From: Bacteroidaceae bacterium
Lineage (GTDB): Bacteria; Bacteroidota; Bacteroidia; Bacteroidales; Bacteroidaceae
DNA: 64,000 nt
Assembly (NCBI GenBank): GCA_017940185.1
Contig: JAGAZE010000036.1
Span: forward strand, 11,308 to 75,307
Direction of reading: 5' to 3'
Shown here piece by piece: positions 47,724-56,461 of this stretch; within the stretch, counting starts at the first letter, position 1; every line of letters begins with the position of its first letter. The notes under the pieces are model-generated. The model searched no databases, was not told where the DNA came from, and was given only the letters and a program-made list of their open reading frames with translations. The position numbers and the translations under genes are program-made.

Positions 47724-50700
47724 TCAGAACTTCCACTCTCTCTGTTGTCCATTCTTCTCCGTCACTCGCACCACGGCGTGTTGCTCGTGCATCTTCACAC
47801 CAATGTGTCGTGCCGGTGTGACGAGGGTGGATTGTGCCAGTAGTACACCATCATAACTATATACCTCCATGCGTTGCAGTTTGGCTGTTTGAGCCGTGGC
47901 GGTCACGGCGCCCTCTCGCCAAGTCAACACTATGTCGGTCGACTCATGGTTCATGTCTGTCACCATTGTGGCAGCACCGCGGCGGTGTAGCACGAAGCGG
48001 TTGATGCTGCTCTCGCCGATGAGCACGCTCACCTCTTCGTTGAGGCTGTAGGTCGCACCTGTCTGTCGGTCGATGAGTTCATAGTCGGCCAGACTGATGT
48101 TGCCTGCGGCGAGGAAAGCCAGCGTCACGTTGCTTTCCTGTGACACGTATACGCCAAGTTCTATATTGTCGGCCAGGTGGCTGTTGATGTCGAGCGACTT
48201 GCCGTTGTCAATGGTAAACACTGCCAGCTGTGGCTGCACCTCGTCGTCAAACAGCGTCTCGCGGTCGGTGTCGTCGAGTCCTGTCACTATCAGTGCACGT
48301 GCACGGCTACTCTCCGTCGAGGCACAGATGCGAAGCATGCCCACCTCATTGCTGGTCTCTGCCAGCAGGGGTGTCGGCGAGGGTTGCTGGGCACGTACGG
48401 CATTGCCAAACATCGACTCGTTGAATACCACCGTCAGTGTCGTGCCAGCATTCTTTGCCGTCACAAAGAAGGCCTCCATGGGCTTGATGGTGGTGAACGT
48501 CTCGTCGGTAGTGATATACTGTCCTGCCACGGCGATGGCCGAGTTGTGGGTGTTGCCGTTGTAGGTCTTCACCTCGCTGACAACGTCCTCATTGGCTTCC
48601 AGGAATGCCTGTACATTGATGTGACTCATGAAGGGATTGCCCACCAGGAACGTCTGTGTGGCAGCCTCAGCAGTGAGCGTCACGCTCAGTTCGCCGATGT
48701 TGGCAAACAGCTGCCGGTCGTTATCCGTCAGGTAGGTGTAGGCGGTGGGCGTCAGGTCTGCCTCGTAGGCAAAGCGGAAGGCGTTGGCGCGTGTCAATCC
48801 GCTCTCTTCGAGTGTCATGGGTTCTTCTGTCACCTCGTTGTAGTAGTTGTATGCAGTATGTGTCTTCGGCAGGCGGAAGGTGAACATCTCGTCGTGGCTG
48901 TCATCGGGGTCCACCCACAGCGAGTAGCCTTCGCCTTTTCCGTAGGCGTAGGCCAGAGCGTTGAAGCGCTTGCTCCAGCGCGTCTCCTGTATGGTCGCGT
49001 CGGTGTTGTCGCCGGTAGCCAGCTTCGTCACTGCCGTCTTCTCCCACAGACGCTGATAGATGCGCGGCGAGAAGCGGTTCTGCTGATAATTGGTGCCGGT
49101 GAGCTCCTGCCATGGAGTGGGATTCGTCACGGCATCGCCAGTGGTGGCCACGAACATGTCGCCGGTGTACATGTTCTGCAGCGGTGCCGACAGCAGGTAG
49201 TAGCGGTTGCGCAGCAGGTCAATGTCAACGAAAGCTTGGGTGTAGTTCAGTTTGAACACCTTCTCCACTGCTGCGCGGCTCTCAAACTGTATGCGTGCGC
49301 AGCCGAACTCGTCGCCACGTGTCACCGTGCCGTCCAACGACGGATAGATGGCAGCACCATTGGGAATAATCACATCGGTACAGAGATACGGAGTACCATT
49401 TGTCCAGTTGCTCCATTCATTCCAGTTGGCATCGGAGGGATTCTTTTTCCATGTGGTCTGCAGCGGATGTACGTTGTATGAGGCGGTGCCCACCAGCTTG
49501 TCGCTGCCGTCATATATATATATAGGCATCTGGTAGCCCACCTTGTTGGCATGGATATCTACTGTCACTTCGCCTGTCTGCGAGCTGCGCACGTCGAAGC
49601 GTTCACCCTGTACGTTACCCGCCTCTTCGCTCACCTGGTCGGGGATGATGAAGTAGAAGTCGGTCTCCGTCGTGGCCTGTCCTTGCAGGTGTAGTGTTCC
49701 GCCCAGACAAGTGTTGGTCACCTGTATGTCGTTGATAGTGTTCGAGCAGTTGTCATTGTCGCGCAGGTCGCTGATGCCGTCGTGGTCGATATCGTTGCGC
49801 AGGATGATGCCGTAGATCTTGAAGGTCTTGGCTACACCCAGACCATTGACGATAGAAAGCCGAATCTCATCGTACTCCTTCGACGGGTTCATCAGCAGCA
49901 CCACCTTGTCTTCGTTCTGCACCACATTCACGCCAATTGCTTTCCATTCGTTTTCTTTCTCGCCCGTAGGCTCACCGTTCATATAGGTCTCCAGTGTCAT
50001 CACATCGCCAAGCGCTACATCCACATACTGCGTGTTGTCTATCACGACGCCCACCTGCTGACGGAAGTCTTGTATGTGTCCCATCTTCACGCTGATCACG
50101 GTCTGTCCCGAGCCTGCTCCCTTCACAATGGTGGCATAGGTGTCAAAATTCGGGTCGTCGTCCACGATGTTGCTCAGATTGTTGGTCACATCGCCCACTG
50201 CCACGGCACCGATGTTCTCTGCCGACACATAGGCATGGTCGCGGTGGTAGGTCAGAATGTCCGAGCCTTCCATGATGGGATTGCCGCAACCGTCGACGTT
50301 ATTGCTGCTCACGTTTTCAAAGAATGGATAGAAGATGTCTACCTTGTCGATGGCAATACCTCCGACGCCCGACTTCCATAGCTGAAACTCGTTGAACTTG
50401 ATGGGATTGCCCTCGTTGTCCACGGGGGGCACCTTGATGGCGAGTCTCACTTTCTCGTCCTTCTTCTCACCAGCGATGCCGATGCCAATGATGCCAAGCT
50501 CGGTGAGCGTGCCGCGATACACTTCCTGTTTGTTGTTGCCCGTGCCGTTGTAGCAGCGGATGTTGATGAAGTTCAGCAAGTTCAGGTCAAGTCCTGTCGA
50601 CTCCATCTCTACCACATAGCCTATACGCATGGGCAGAGCACCTGCCTTCGAACCATCGTATATGAGCGCATCGTCGACCGTCTTTACACCCACTATCATG

Positions 50701-52427
50701 AGGTTGTCCGCCAGCGTTCCTTCGGGATTGTAGGTGGCAAAGGTGGTGGGGTCGCCGTCGAGGGTGTTGTCTGGGTTCTGAAGTTCGCTGAAAGAGATGA
50801 GTGCGCCGCTGGTGCCGTATTCTTCTGTCGATAGGGCATACTTTGTTTCTATGCGGTTGTCGAAAGGAATCTCGCACTGCAGTTCGCTGCCTGTGATGCC
50901 ATGGTGTATGGTCACTTCCTCGTAGCATCCGTCGTCGGCAGTGGCGCGGAAGGTGTAGTCGCCCTCCTCATCGAGATTGCGCACATAGCCATTGGCGTCC
51001 ACTGTCACGGCGCTGCCTGTGGGGGCATCGATGAGCGTCCATGTCACTGCCACCTGTTCGTTGCTGCGCAATTGGTAGGTGCTCTGCTGGTCGCAGGTGT
51101 TCACGCCATACGAGGCGTTGATGGGGCAGTGGTGTTTCTCTATGCTGGGCTTGGGGCGCACAAAACCGTAGTAGACGCCGAAACCGCTGCCCAGATTGAG
51201 CACGCCGAGACCGGTATAGAACGATATTTCTGCACCCGAGAAGGGTTTCGTGGCTTCCACATACGAAGTCTGGTCGCCACCCGATGCTATTGCAAGTGCC
51301 AAGCCTTCGGCCGACACCGTGATAGTTTCCGTCTCGTCGCCATTGTGGTCGTAGAGTTTTACATCAACCCATGTACCCAATTGCAATACATCGGCTACCT
51401 GTACGAAGTTGTACTTGAATCCCACCTGGTCTCCGGCGTTGAACAGTTCGCCTACGCTACGGTCGCTGTTTTTCACGTTCACACGCACGCGTCCTTTGAA
51501 GGCGACACTTGCCAGCTGTACGGCACTTACCAGCGGCACCGTGTTGGTCAGGTCGTCATCAATGGCACGCTGGCAGTAGGATTCTACCACAGGCAGCGGT
51601 ATTCCTCCCACGAGCGGACTGGGCATATAGGCATCGCAGCTCACGTTCATCTGCGGGTGCCCTGTCTCGGTGCAATAGTCGGCCACGCCATTGGTGGTGA
51701 GCAGTATGTCGTGCGGATCGCCTACAAAGGCATACTTGATTTGCAGTACACCGCCTACCTCTGCATCAACACCGCCGCCTTTCACCAGCACCACCTCGTC
51801 AAACTTCTTCGTCGACTTGGCTGTGAGGTTCACGCAGGCTGCATCGTTGCCCACGCCGATGAGCGACAGTTTCACTCCACTGCCTGCATTTCCCTCACGC
51901 ACGGTAAGATCGTCCACGCGCTTGCCATCGCAATACAGCCAAATGTGCATGGTCTTGATTACATCAAGTGATAAGACTTTTGTGCCGCTGTTGGCTACAA
52001 CGCAAAAACCGACCGTCGTTCCGGCGGCATAATAATTATCGAGGTCGCGTACTCCCACGATGGGGCTCACGGCGGCTGTCACTCCCACGATACCGGGGAA
52101 GGTGGCGTTGTTGTCCAAGTCGTCGTCCACCAGGTTGGTGAGGCTATTTGTCCACGCGCCCACACCGACGGTTGTGATAATACGGTTGATCTGGCAGTTG
52201 TAGCCCACGAGTGCGCGCCGCTTGTTCAGATAGGGCGTGCGTGTCTGTGTGGGGTCGGTGCTCTGACTTGGGTCGGTCTCCTGCCATGTGGGGGCATTGA
52301 CCTTCTTGCCGGCCATCAGTGCGCTCTCTTCATCGCTCACGTCGCCGGTGTCGTCATCGGCAAACAGGGGTTGGTGGCCAAGGCACAGAAGCAAAAACAG
52401 GGTGAATAGGTGTATGCTGTGTTTCAT
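47724..52427 (-). CDS. Large secreted multidomain protein (1567 aa), probable T9SS cargo / adhesin
   Basis: Signal peptide; four (N/R)xxD(D/G)D modules; DIDHDGISD; WNEWSNW; VGNPFMS; CTD-like MEVYSYDGVLL..VVRV..WKF. Confidence 0.8.
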   Translation of the reverse strand: MKHSIHLFTLFLLLCLGHQPLFADDDTGDVSDEESALMAGKKVNAPTWQETDPSQSTDPTQTRTPYLNKRRALVGYNCQINRIITTVGVGAWTNSLTNLVDDDLDNNATFPGIVGVTAAVSPIVGVRDLDNYYAAGTTVGFCVVANSGTKVLSLDVIKTMHIWLYCDGKRVDDLTVREGNAGSGVKLSLIGVGNDAACVNLTAKSTKKFDEVVLVKGGGVDAEVGGVLQIKYAFVGDPHDILLTTNGVADYCTETGHPQMNVSCDAYMPSPLVGGIPLPVVESYCQRAIDDDLTNTVPLVSAVQLASVAFKGRVRVNVKNSDRSVGELFNAGDQVGFKYNFVQVADVLQLGTWVDVKLYDHNGDETETITVSAEGLALAIASGGDQTSYVEATKPFSGAEISFYTGLGVLNLGSGFGVYYGFVRPKPSIEKHHCPINASYGVNTCDQQSTYQLRSNEQVAVTWTLIDAPTGSAVTVDANGYVRNLDEEGDYTFRATADDGCYEEVTIHHGITGSELQCEIPFDNRIETKYALSTEEYGTSGALISFSELQNPDNTLDGDPTTFATYNPEGTLADNLMIVGVKTVDDALIYDGSKAGALPMRIGYVVEMESTGLDLNLLNFINIRCYNGTGNNKQEVYRGTLTELGIIGIGIAGEKKDEKVRLAIKVPPVDNEGNPIKFNEFQLWKSGVGGIAIDKVDIFYPFFENVSSNNVDGCGNPIMEGSDILTYHRDHAYVSAENIGAVAVGDVTNNLSNIVDDDPNFDTYATIVKGAGSGQTVISVKMGHIQDFRQQVGVVIDNTQYVDVALGDVMTLETYMNGEPTGEKENEWKAIGVNVVQNEDKVVLLMNPSKEYDEIRLSIVNGLGVAKTFKIYGIILRNDIDHDGISDLRDNDNCSNTINDIQVTNTCLGGTLHLQGQATTETDFYFIIPDQVSEEAGNVQGERFDVRSSQTGEVTVDIHANKVGYQMPIYIYDGSDKLVGTASYNVHPLQTTWKKNPSDANWNEWSNWTNGTPYLCTDVIIPNGAAIYPSLDGTVTRGDEFGCARIQFESRAAVEKVFKLNYTQAFVDIDLLRNRYYLLSAPLQNMYTGDMFVATTGDAVTNPTPWQELTGTNYQQNRFSPRIYQRLWEKTAVTKLATGDNTDATIQETRWSKRFNALAYAYGKGEGYSLWVDPDDSHDEMFTFRLPKTHTAYNYYNEVTEEPMTLEESGLTRANAFRFAYEADLTPTAYTYLTDNDRQLFANIGELSVTLTAEAATQTFLVGNPFMSHINVQAFLEANEDVVSEVKTYNGNTHNSAIAVAGQYITTDETFTTIKPMEAFFVTAKNAGTTLTVVFNESMFGNAVRAQQPSPTPLLAETSNEVGMLRICASTESSRARALIVTGLDDTDRETLFDDEVQPQLAVFTIDNGKSLDINSHLADNIELGVYVSQESNVTLAFLAAGNISLADYELIDRQTGATYSLNEEVSVLIGESSINRFVLHRRGAATMVTDMNHESTDIVLTWREGAVTATAQTAKLQRMEVYSYDGVLLAQSTLVTPARHIGVKMHEQHAVVRVTEKNGQQREWKF

Positions 52428-52449
52428 AATCTGTGATGAAAAGTGGGGG

Positions 52450-52668
52450 TTAGTCTACTTCTTCTTCGTGTTGTGGTTTGGTGTTAATCCACGAGTCGGG
52501 GTCTTCCATGTCCCATTCGGCCATGTGTTCTTCGTCTTCATTGCCGAAGGGGTCGACGGGTGCGCCTTGCGGGCCGCGCTCATCGTCGTCACCGGTGGAG
52601 AGGGCTATCATGCGTTGCAAGTGCACACGGAGCACCTCAGTGCAGGGGGAGATATAGGGAGTATTCAT
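52450..52668 (-). CDS. 72-aa small protein with YxxP leader-like N-terminus and acidic tail
   Basis: MNTPYISPCTEV..MIALS followed by 18 D/E in the last 48 aa; ATGA overlap with the upstream gene. Confidence 0.75.
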   Translation of the reverse strand: MNTPYISPCTEVLRVHLQRMIALSTGDDDERGPQGAPVDPFGNEDEEHMAEWDMEDPDSWINTKPQHEEEVD

Positions 52669-55190
52669 CGTATGATTGTTTTCTTACCATTATATATATA
52701 GATGCCTTTGGCAGTGGGTCGGCTGCTGAGTTGTCGTCCGTCAAGGGTGTACCAGTCAGCGTTTCTGTCTGCATTGCCGTCAACGGTCGTGATGCCCGTG
52801 GTGTTGCCTCCGCCGCCCAACAGCATGTCGAAGGCTGTCACCTTGCCGCCGTTGACCAGGTCTACCGTTTCCACGTCGATATATGCGCGGTTGGGCAGCA
52901 GATAGTCGCCGGCGGGATGCAGCAGGCGCAGGTAGCCGCTGGCATTGCGCGACAGCACCCACACATCGCGCCAGCCCGAGCCGCTTCCCCAATAGTATTT
53001 AGGATCGTCGTCGCTCTGCACGATGCCGCGCCACACATTGGTGCCGAAGGTCTCCGCCGTCGTCGTCGTCTGTCCGCTGCCAGCAGGGTAGATGTTGAAG
53101 CGTATGTTGCCGTAGCTCTCGCCTTCGCTCTTACTGCTTGTCACAAACACGGCATTGCCTGCGGGCACGTCGGCAACGGGTATCATCTGTATGCTTCCGC
53201 CCTTCTTGCCGCTGTCATATTCATATTGTCCTGCCCAGCCGCCCTGATAGATGGTGACCGTCTGTCCGTCGGCAGGAGCAGGCACGATGTCGAAGGGGTA
53301 ATAGAGTGTGGTCCAGTCGAGCTGGTCGTATTGTCGGCCGGGCTCGGGTGTCAGCCCTGTGACAAGCAGGGGCAGCTCCAATGTCGGTGCGGGCGAGATT
53401 ACCCAGGCGCTGCTCTCGTTGAGGTGGGGCACGATGTTGCTCTTCCAGTTGAGTCCGCCCTGATAGCCGTCGCCCTGTCCGTCAGCATAGATGCTGCCGC
53501 CGTCTACAGCATCGATGCCGCTGGCGCTCGTGCCGTGGTAGAGGTAGAAGCCATATTGTCCGTCGATAAGTTTGGTGAGGAAGAACTTGGCTGCCTCGTG
53601 TTCCGATGCTGTCGTCACGGGATAGTTTCTTCCGTCCACTGCCACCGAGTTGCTGCCCTTGATATATTGGCCTGTGTTGAGGTTGCGCACCACGTAGATG
53701 TTGTGCTCGGGCAGTATATGACCCGTGGCGGCATCGTGCGAGGTGGCGGCCTGTGCCACGCGCTGCAGCTGCCACAGTGCCGAGGCGTGGCTGTCGTTGG
53801 GCTTGGCAAGGTAGAATTCCGAGGTGCGTGCGCTGTACATCAGCTCTGCCTCGGTGGCATCGTAGAGGAATGCCTTGTCGGGGTCCTCGTTCTTCTCCTT
53901 CGTCGCGGGATCTTCGTCCTTGCGGTGGGTGAAGTGCACATGGTCTACGTCCTCCAGATAGCCGCCGCCGTCGAAGACATCTGTCGTCGGGTCTGCCACG
54001 CTGCGGGTCACGTTGCGCAAACGTACGATGGGGCTCTGGCTCTTGTCGTCGGCAAAGAGTTCTTCTTCGCTGTGGATTGACAGCTGTATCTTGTAGGTCT
54101 TGCCGTTGCGCTCATACTGCCCATTGCTCACAGGTATCAGCTCCCAGTCTACAGAGGGCTTGGCATCGGTCTTCGTCTCGGTGGCTGTCTTGCCCATGCC
54201 GAAGTAGCGGGGATTTCGCGCATTGCCGTTGGCGGTGAAGCTGATGTAGCGGTTGTTGTTGTCGGTGGAATGTGTGAAGCTGGGCTGCCATTCCGTGCCG
54301 CTGCTTTCCAACAGGGTCCATGTGACACTGGTTGCTCCGCTGTTCACCACACGGATAGGCTTGGCGCCATAGCCTGTAATGCTCAGCGTGCCATTCCTGT
54401 CGAGTGTGGAGATGGTCCACACACTGTACTGCGTGGGCAGCATGGTGGGAACCATGTCGTTTTCGTTGGTGTTGAGATAGGTGCCATACTGTCGGTTGCG
54501 CAGCAGATACTGGCCGTCCTGGAAGTTGCTCACGAAGTCGTCGACATAGGCTGTCGTCTGCTTGGCGCTAATGGCATCCACCAGTGTCTTGAAGCTGCTG
54601 CCTGCCTGGGGGTCGAGCTGCTCGTAGTCGATGCCCGTCACACCATGGCGCTCAGCCTCTTCTATAAGGTCGTCAAGGCTCCATAGCACCCACACCTGCT
54701 CGTCGATGTCAGCGGTGGACTTCAACTGGATGTACCCATAATATGTGAAGCCATCAAGTTTGGTCTCATCCTCCCAGTAGTTGCCGTCAGCGGTGTGTAT
54801 CTCCACGCCTACATTGTTGTACTGGCACTTGTTGATTAGCCATGTCACGCCCGTGGCATTCATTTTGTCGCGACGCAAATCGGAAACAAAAACGTCAGTG
54901 GTCATATACTTGCCGCTGCCAGCTGTTTTGGTTCCTATTTTGTAGCCGTTGCCATCCTTGACAAAGTAGAACAGATACTTGTCAGGTGTTTCCGTCATTG
55001 CCATGCCGTCTCTGGCCGACCAGAAACGGTTGCTGCTGCCGTCATCCAGAAAGAACGCCTTTGTCTTCCAGTTCTGTATGAGGTAATACACGGGTGCGCT
55101 GTTTTCGGCGGTGGGCACGGGCGGGTCGGCCACATCGGCCACACATGGCGCGCAAAGCAAGAGGAACAGAGCGAGAATGTTTATCTTCAT
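52665..55190 (-). CDS. Secreted protein (841 aa) with beta-trefoil-like repeats and T9SS C-terminal domain
   Basis: Signal peptide; YYLIQN, YLLRNRQYGTYL, VRLRN, YVVRNLNTGQYI; WTTLYYPF; CTD WYTLDGRQL..KGIYIYNGKK. Confidence 0.85.
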   Translation of the reverse strand: MKINILALFLLLCAPCVADVADPPVPTAENSAPVYYLIQNWKTKAFFLDDGSSNRFWSARDGMAMTETPDKYLFYFVKDGNGYKIGTKTAGSGKYMTTDVFVSDLRRDKMNATGVTWLINKCQYNNVGVEIHTADGNYWEDETKLDGFTYYGYIQLKSTADIDEQVWVLWSLDDLIEEAERHGVTGIDYEQLDPQAGSSFKTLVDAISAKQTTAYVDDFVSNFQDGQYLLRNRQYGTYLNTNENDMVPTMLPTQYSVWTISTLDRNGTLSITGYGAKPIRVVNSGATSVTWTLLESSGTEWQPSFTHSTDNNNRYISFTANGNARNPRYFGMGKTATETKTDAKPSVDWELIPVSNGQYERNGKTYKIQLSIHSEEELFADDKSQSPIVRLRNVTRSVADPTTDVFDGGGYLEDVDHVHFTHRKDEDPATKEKNEDPDKAFLYDATEAELMYSARTSEFYLAKPNDSHASALWQLQRVAQAATSHDAATGHILPEHNIYVVRNLNTGQYIKGSNSVAVDGRNYPVTTASEHEAAKFFLTKLIDGQYGFYLYHGTSASGIDAVDGGSIYADGQGDGYQGGLNWKSNIVPHLNESSAWVISPAPTLELPLLVTGLTPEPGRQYDQLDWTTLYYPFDIVPAPADGQTVTIYQGGWAGQYEYDSGKKGGSIQMIPVADVPAGNAVFVTSSKSEGESYGNIRFNIYPAGSGQTTTTAETFGTNVWRGIVQSDDDPKYYWGSGSGWRDVWVLSRNASGYLRLLHPAGDYLLPNRAYIDVETVDLVNGGKVTAFDMLLGGGGNTTGITTVDGNADRNADWYTLDGRQLSSRPTAKGIYIYNGKKTIIR

Positions 55191-55520
55191 AAGTGATGAG
55201 TTTAATTATAGGAATAGGGTATGCAGAAGAAACCAACTACAGACCACCACGACTATCGTTGCGCCTATTGCGTAAAGCAATGGTCACCCACAAAGGTTTA
55301 TCAGTGGTGTTCAGTTGTTAAAAATATTAATGAGAGGAGGGGGTGGTAGATTACCCTCACTTTCCAGAGAAAAAACTCTGGAAATATAGTAGGAACCGCC
55401 ATTACAGCTCGAAAAACAGCCTGCGCCGATTTTTCTTTTCCTTACTATCGCGATAATATTTGTTAATAAAAACTTAAACACCTAGTAGTCAGTTGCTTTT
55501 AGTTTCACGCGGCAAAGGTA
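55191..55520 (-). promoter_or_regulatory. Promoter and long putative 5' leader of the T9SS locus
   Basis: TACCTTTG at 55513-55520 (minus), ~320 nt upstream of the ATG; hairpin tttccagag-aaaaaa-ctctggaaa at 55361-55384. Confidence 0.55.
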
Positions 55521-55826
55521 AGCAACAATCGCATATTACAAAACAAATCGGTATATTTTTTATACCATGAAAAAAATAATACTATTTGCGTAATACAGTG
55601 TCAACTGTAAATAATTACTAATATAAAATAGTGTGCTGTTTCTGCTGTTTTTTATAGGTAGCGTGGGCTTACTGCGGATAAAGCCTCTTTTTCTGGAAAT
55701 CTCGGAACTAAAATTCTTGCATTTTCATCGTCTCATAAAGTGGAAATAATGCCCTCATGCAGTCATCCCCAACCGTCGAAAGCCACGTTCGCAGAAAAAC
55801 GAAGGATGAAATCCAAGGTACCCCCT

Positions 55827-56372
55827 CTACTCTTCTCGCTCTTCCTTTAGTTCTCTCATCACCTCCTCCATGCTCTCTGCCACGATGATATAGCGCTGCC
55901 ACGTGCCGCGTATCATGCCCTTCTGTTGCAAGGCGTCGAGCAGCGACACCAGTTCCGTCCAGAAACCTTTCATGTTCCACACCACTATCTTCTTGCTGTG
56001 GTAGCCTATGGTGGCGGAGGCGGCAATGGTGAACAGCTCGTCGAGGGTGCCCAGTCCGCCGGGCAACACCAGAAACACGTCGCTGCGCTCCAGCATCAAG
56101 GCCTTGCGCTCCGTCAGGTCGCGGCAAGGCACCACCTCGGTGAGATACGGTGTCTGTCCGCCGCCGTCCTCGACGATGCGCGGCACAACGCCTACCACCT
56201 TGCCGCCGGCAGCATAAGCCGACTCAGCCAGGGCCTCCATCAGTCCCATGGCGCAACCGCCAAACACTATCTCATGACCATCGCGGGCCAACAGCACACC
56301 CAACTCGCGCGTCATACTGAAGAAGTCGGGGTCGATGCGCTCATTGGCTGAACAAAAAATACATATACGCAT
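55827..56372 (-). CDS. LOG family (TIGR00730) nucleotide phosphoribohydrolase
   Basis: ICIFCSA, VFGGCAMGLM, ERKALM, LPGGLGTLDEL; TACCTTTG at 56399-56406. Confidence 0.9.
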   Translation of the reverse strand: MRICIFCSANERIDPDFFSMTRELGVLLARDGHEIVFGGCAMGLMEALAESAYAAGGKVVGVVPRIVEDGGGQTPYLTEVVPCRDLTERKALMLERSDVFLVLPGGLGTLDELFTIAASATIGYHSKKIVVWNMKGFWTELVSLLDALQQKGMIRGTWQRYIIVAESMEEVMRELKEEREE

Positions 56373-56461
56373 AGGGCAATCAGGTTTTAATCTTTCTACA
56401 AAGGTAGTCTTTTCTTTTCTCTCTCCATGTCTCATTTGCCAAAAACCACTATCTTTGCGCT

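Noticed and set aside
52450-52668. Complete lasso-peptide/RiPP cluster
   Set aside because: No cyclase, leader peptidase, RRE, radical SAM enzyme or transporter in the window; kept only as a leader-like peptide finding
55708-56127. 139-aa minus-strand ORF
   Set aside because: Alternate frame overlapping the LOG gene, with no motifs
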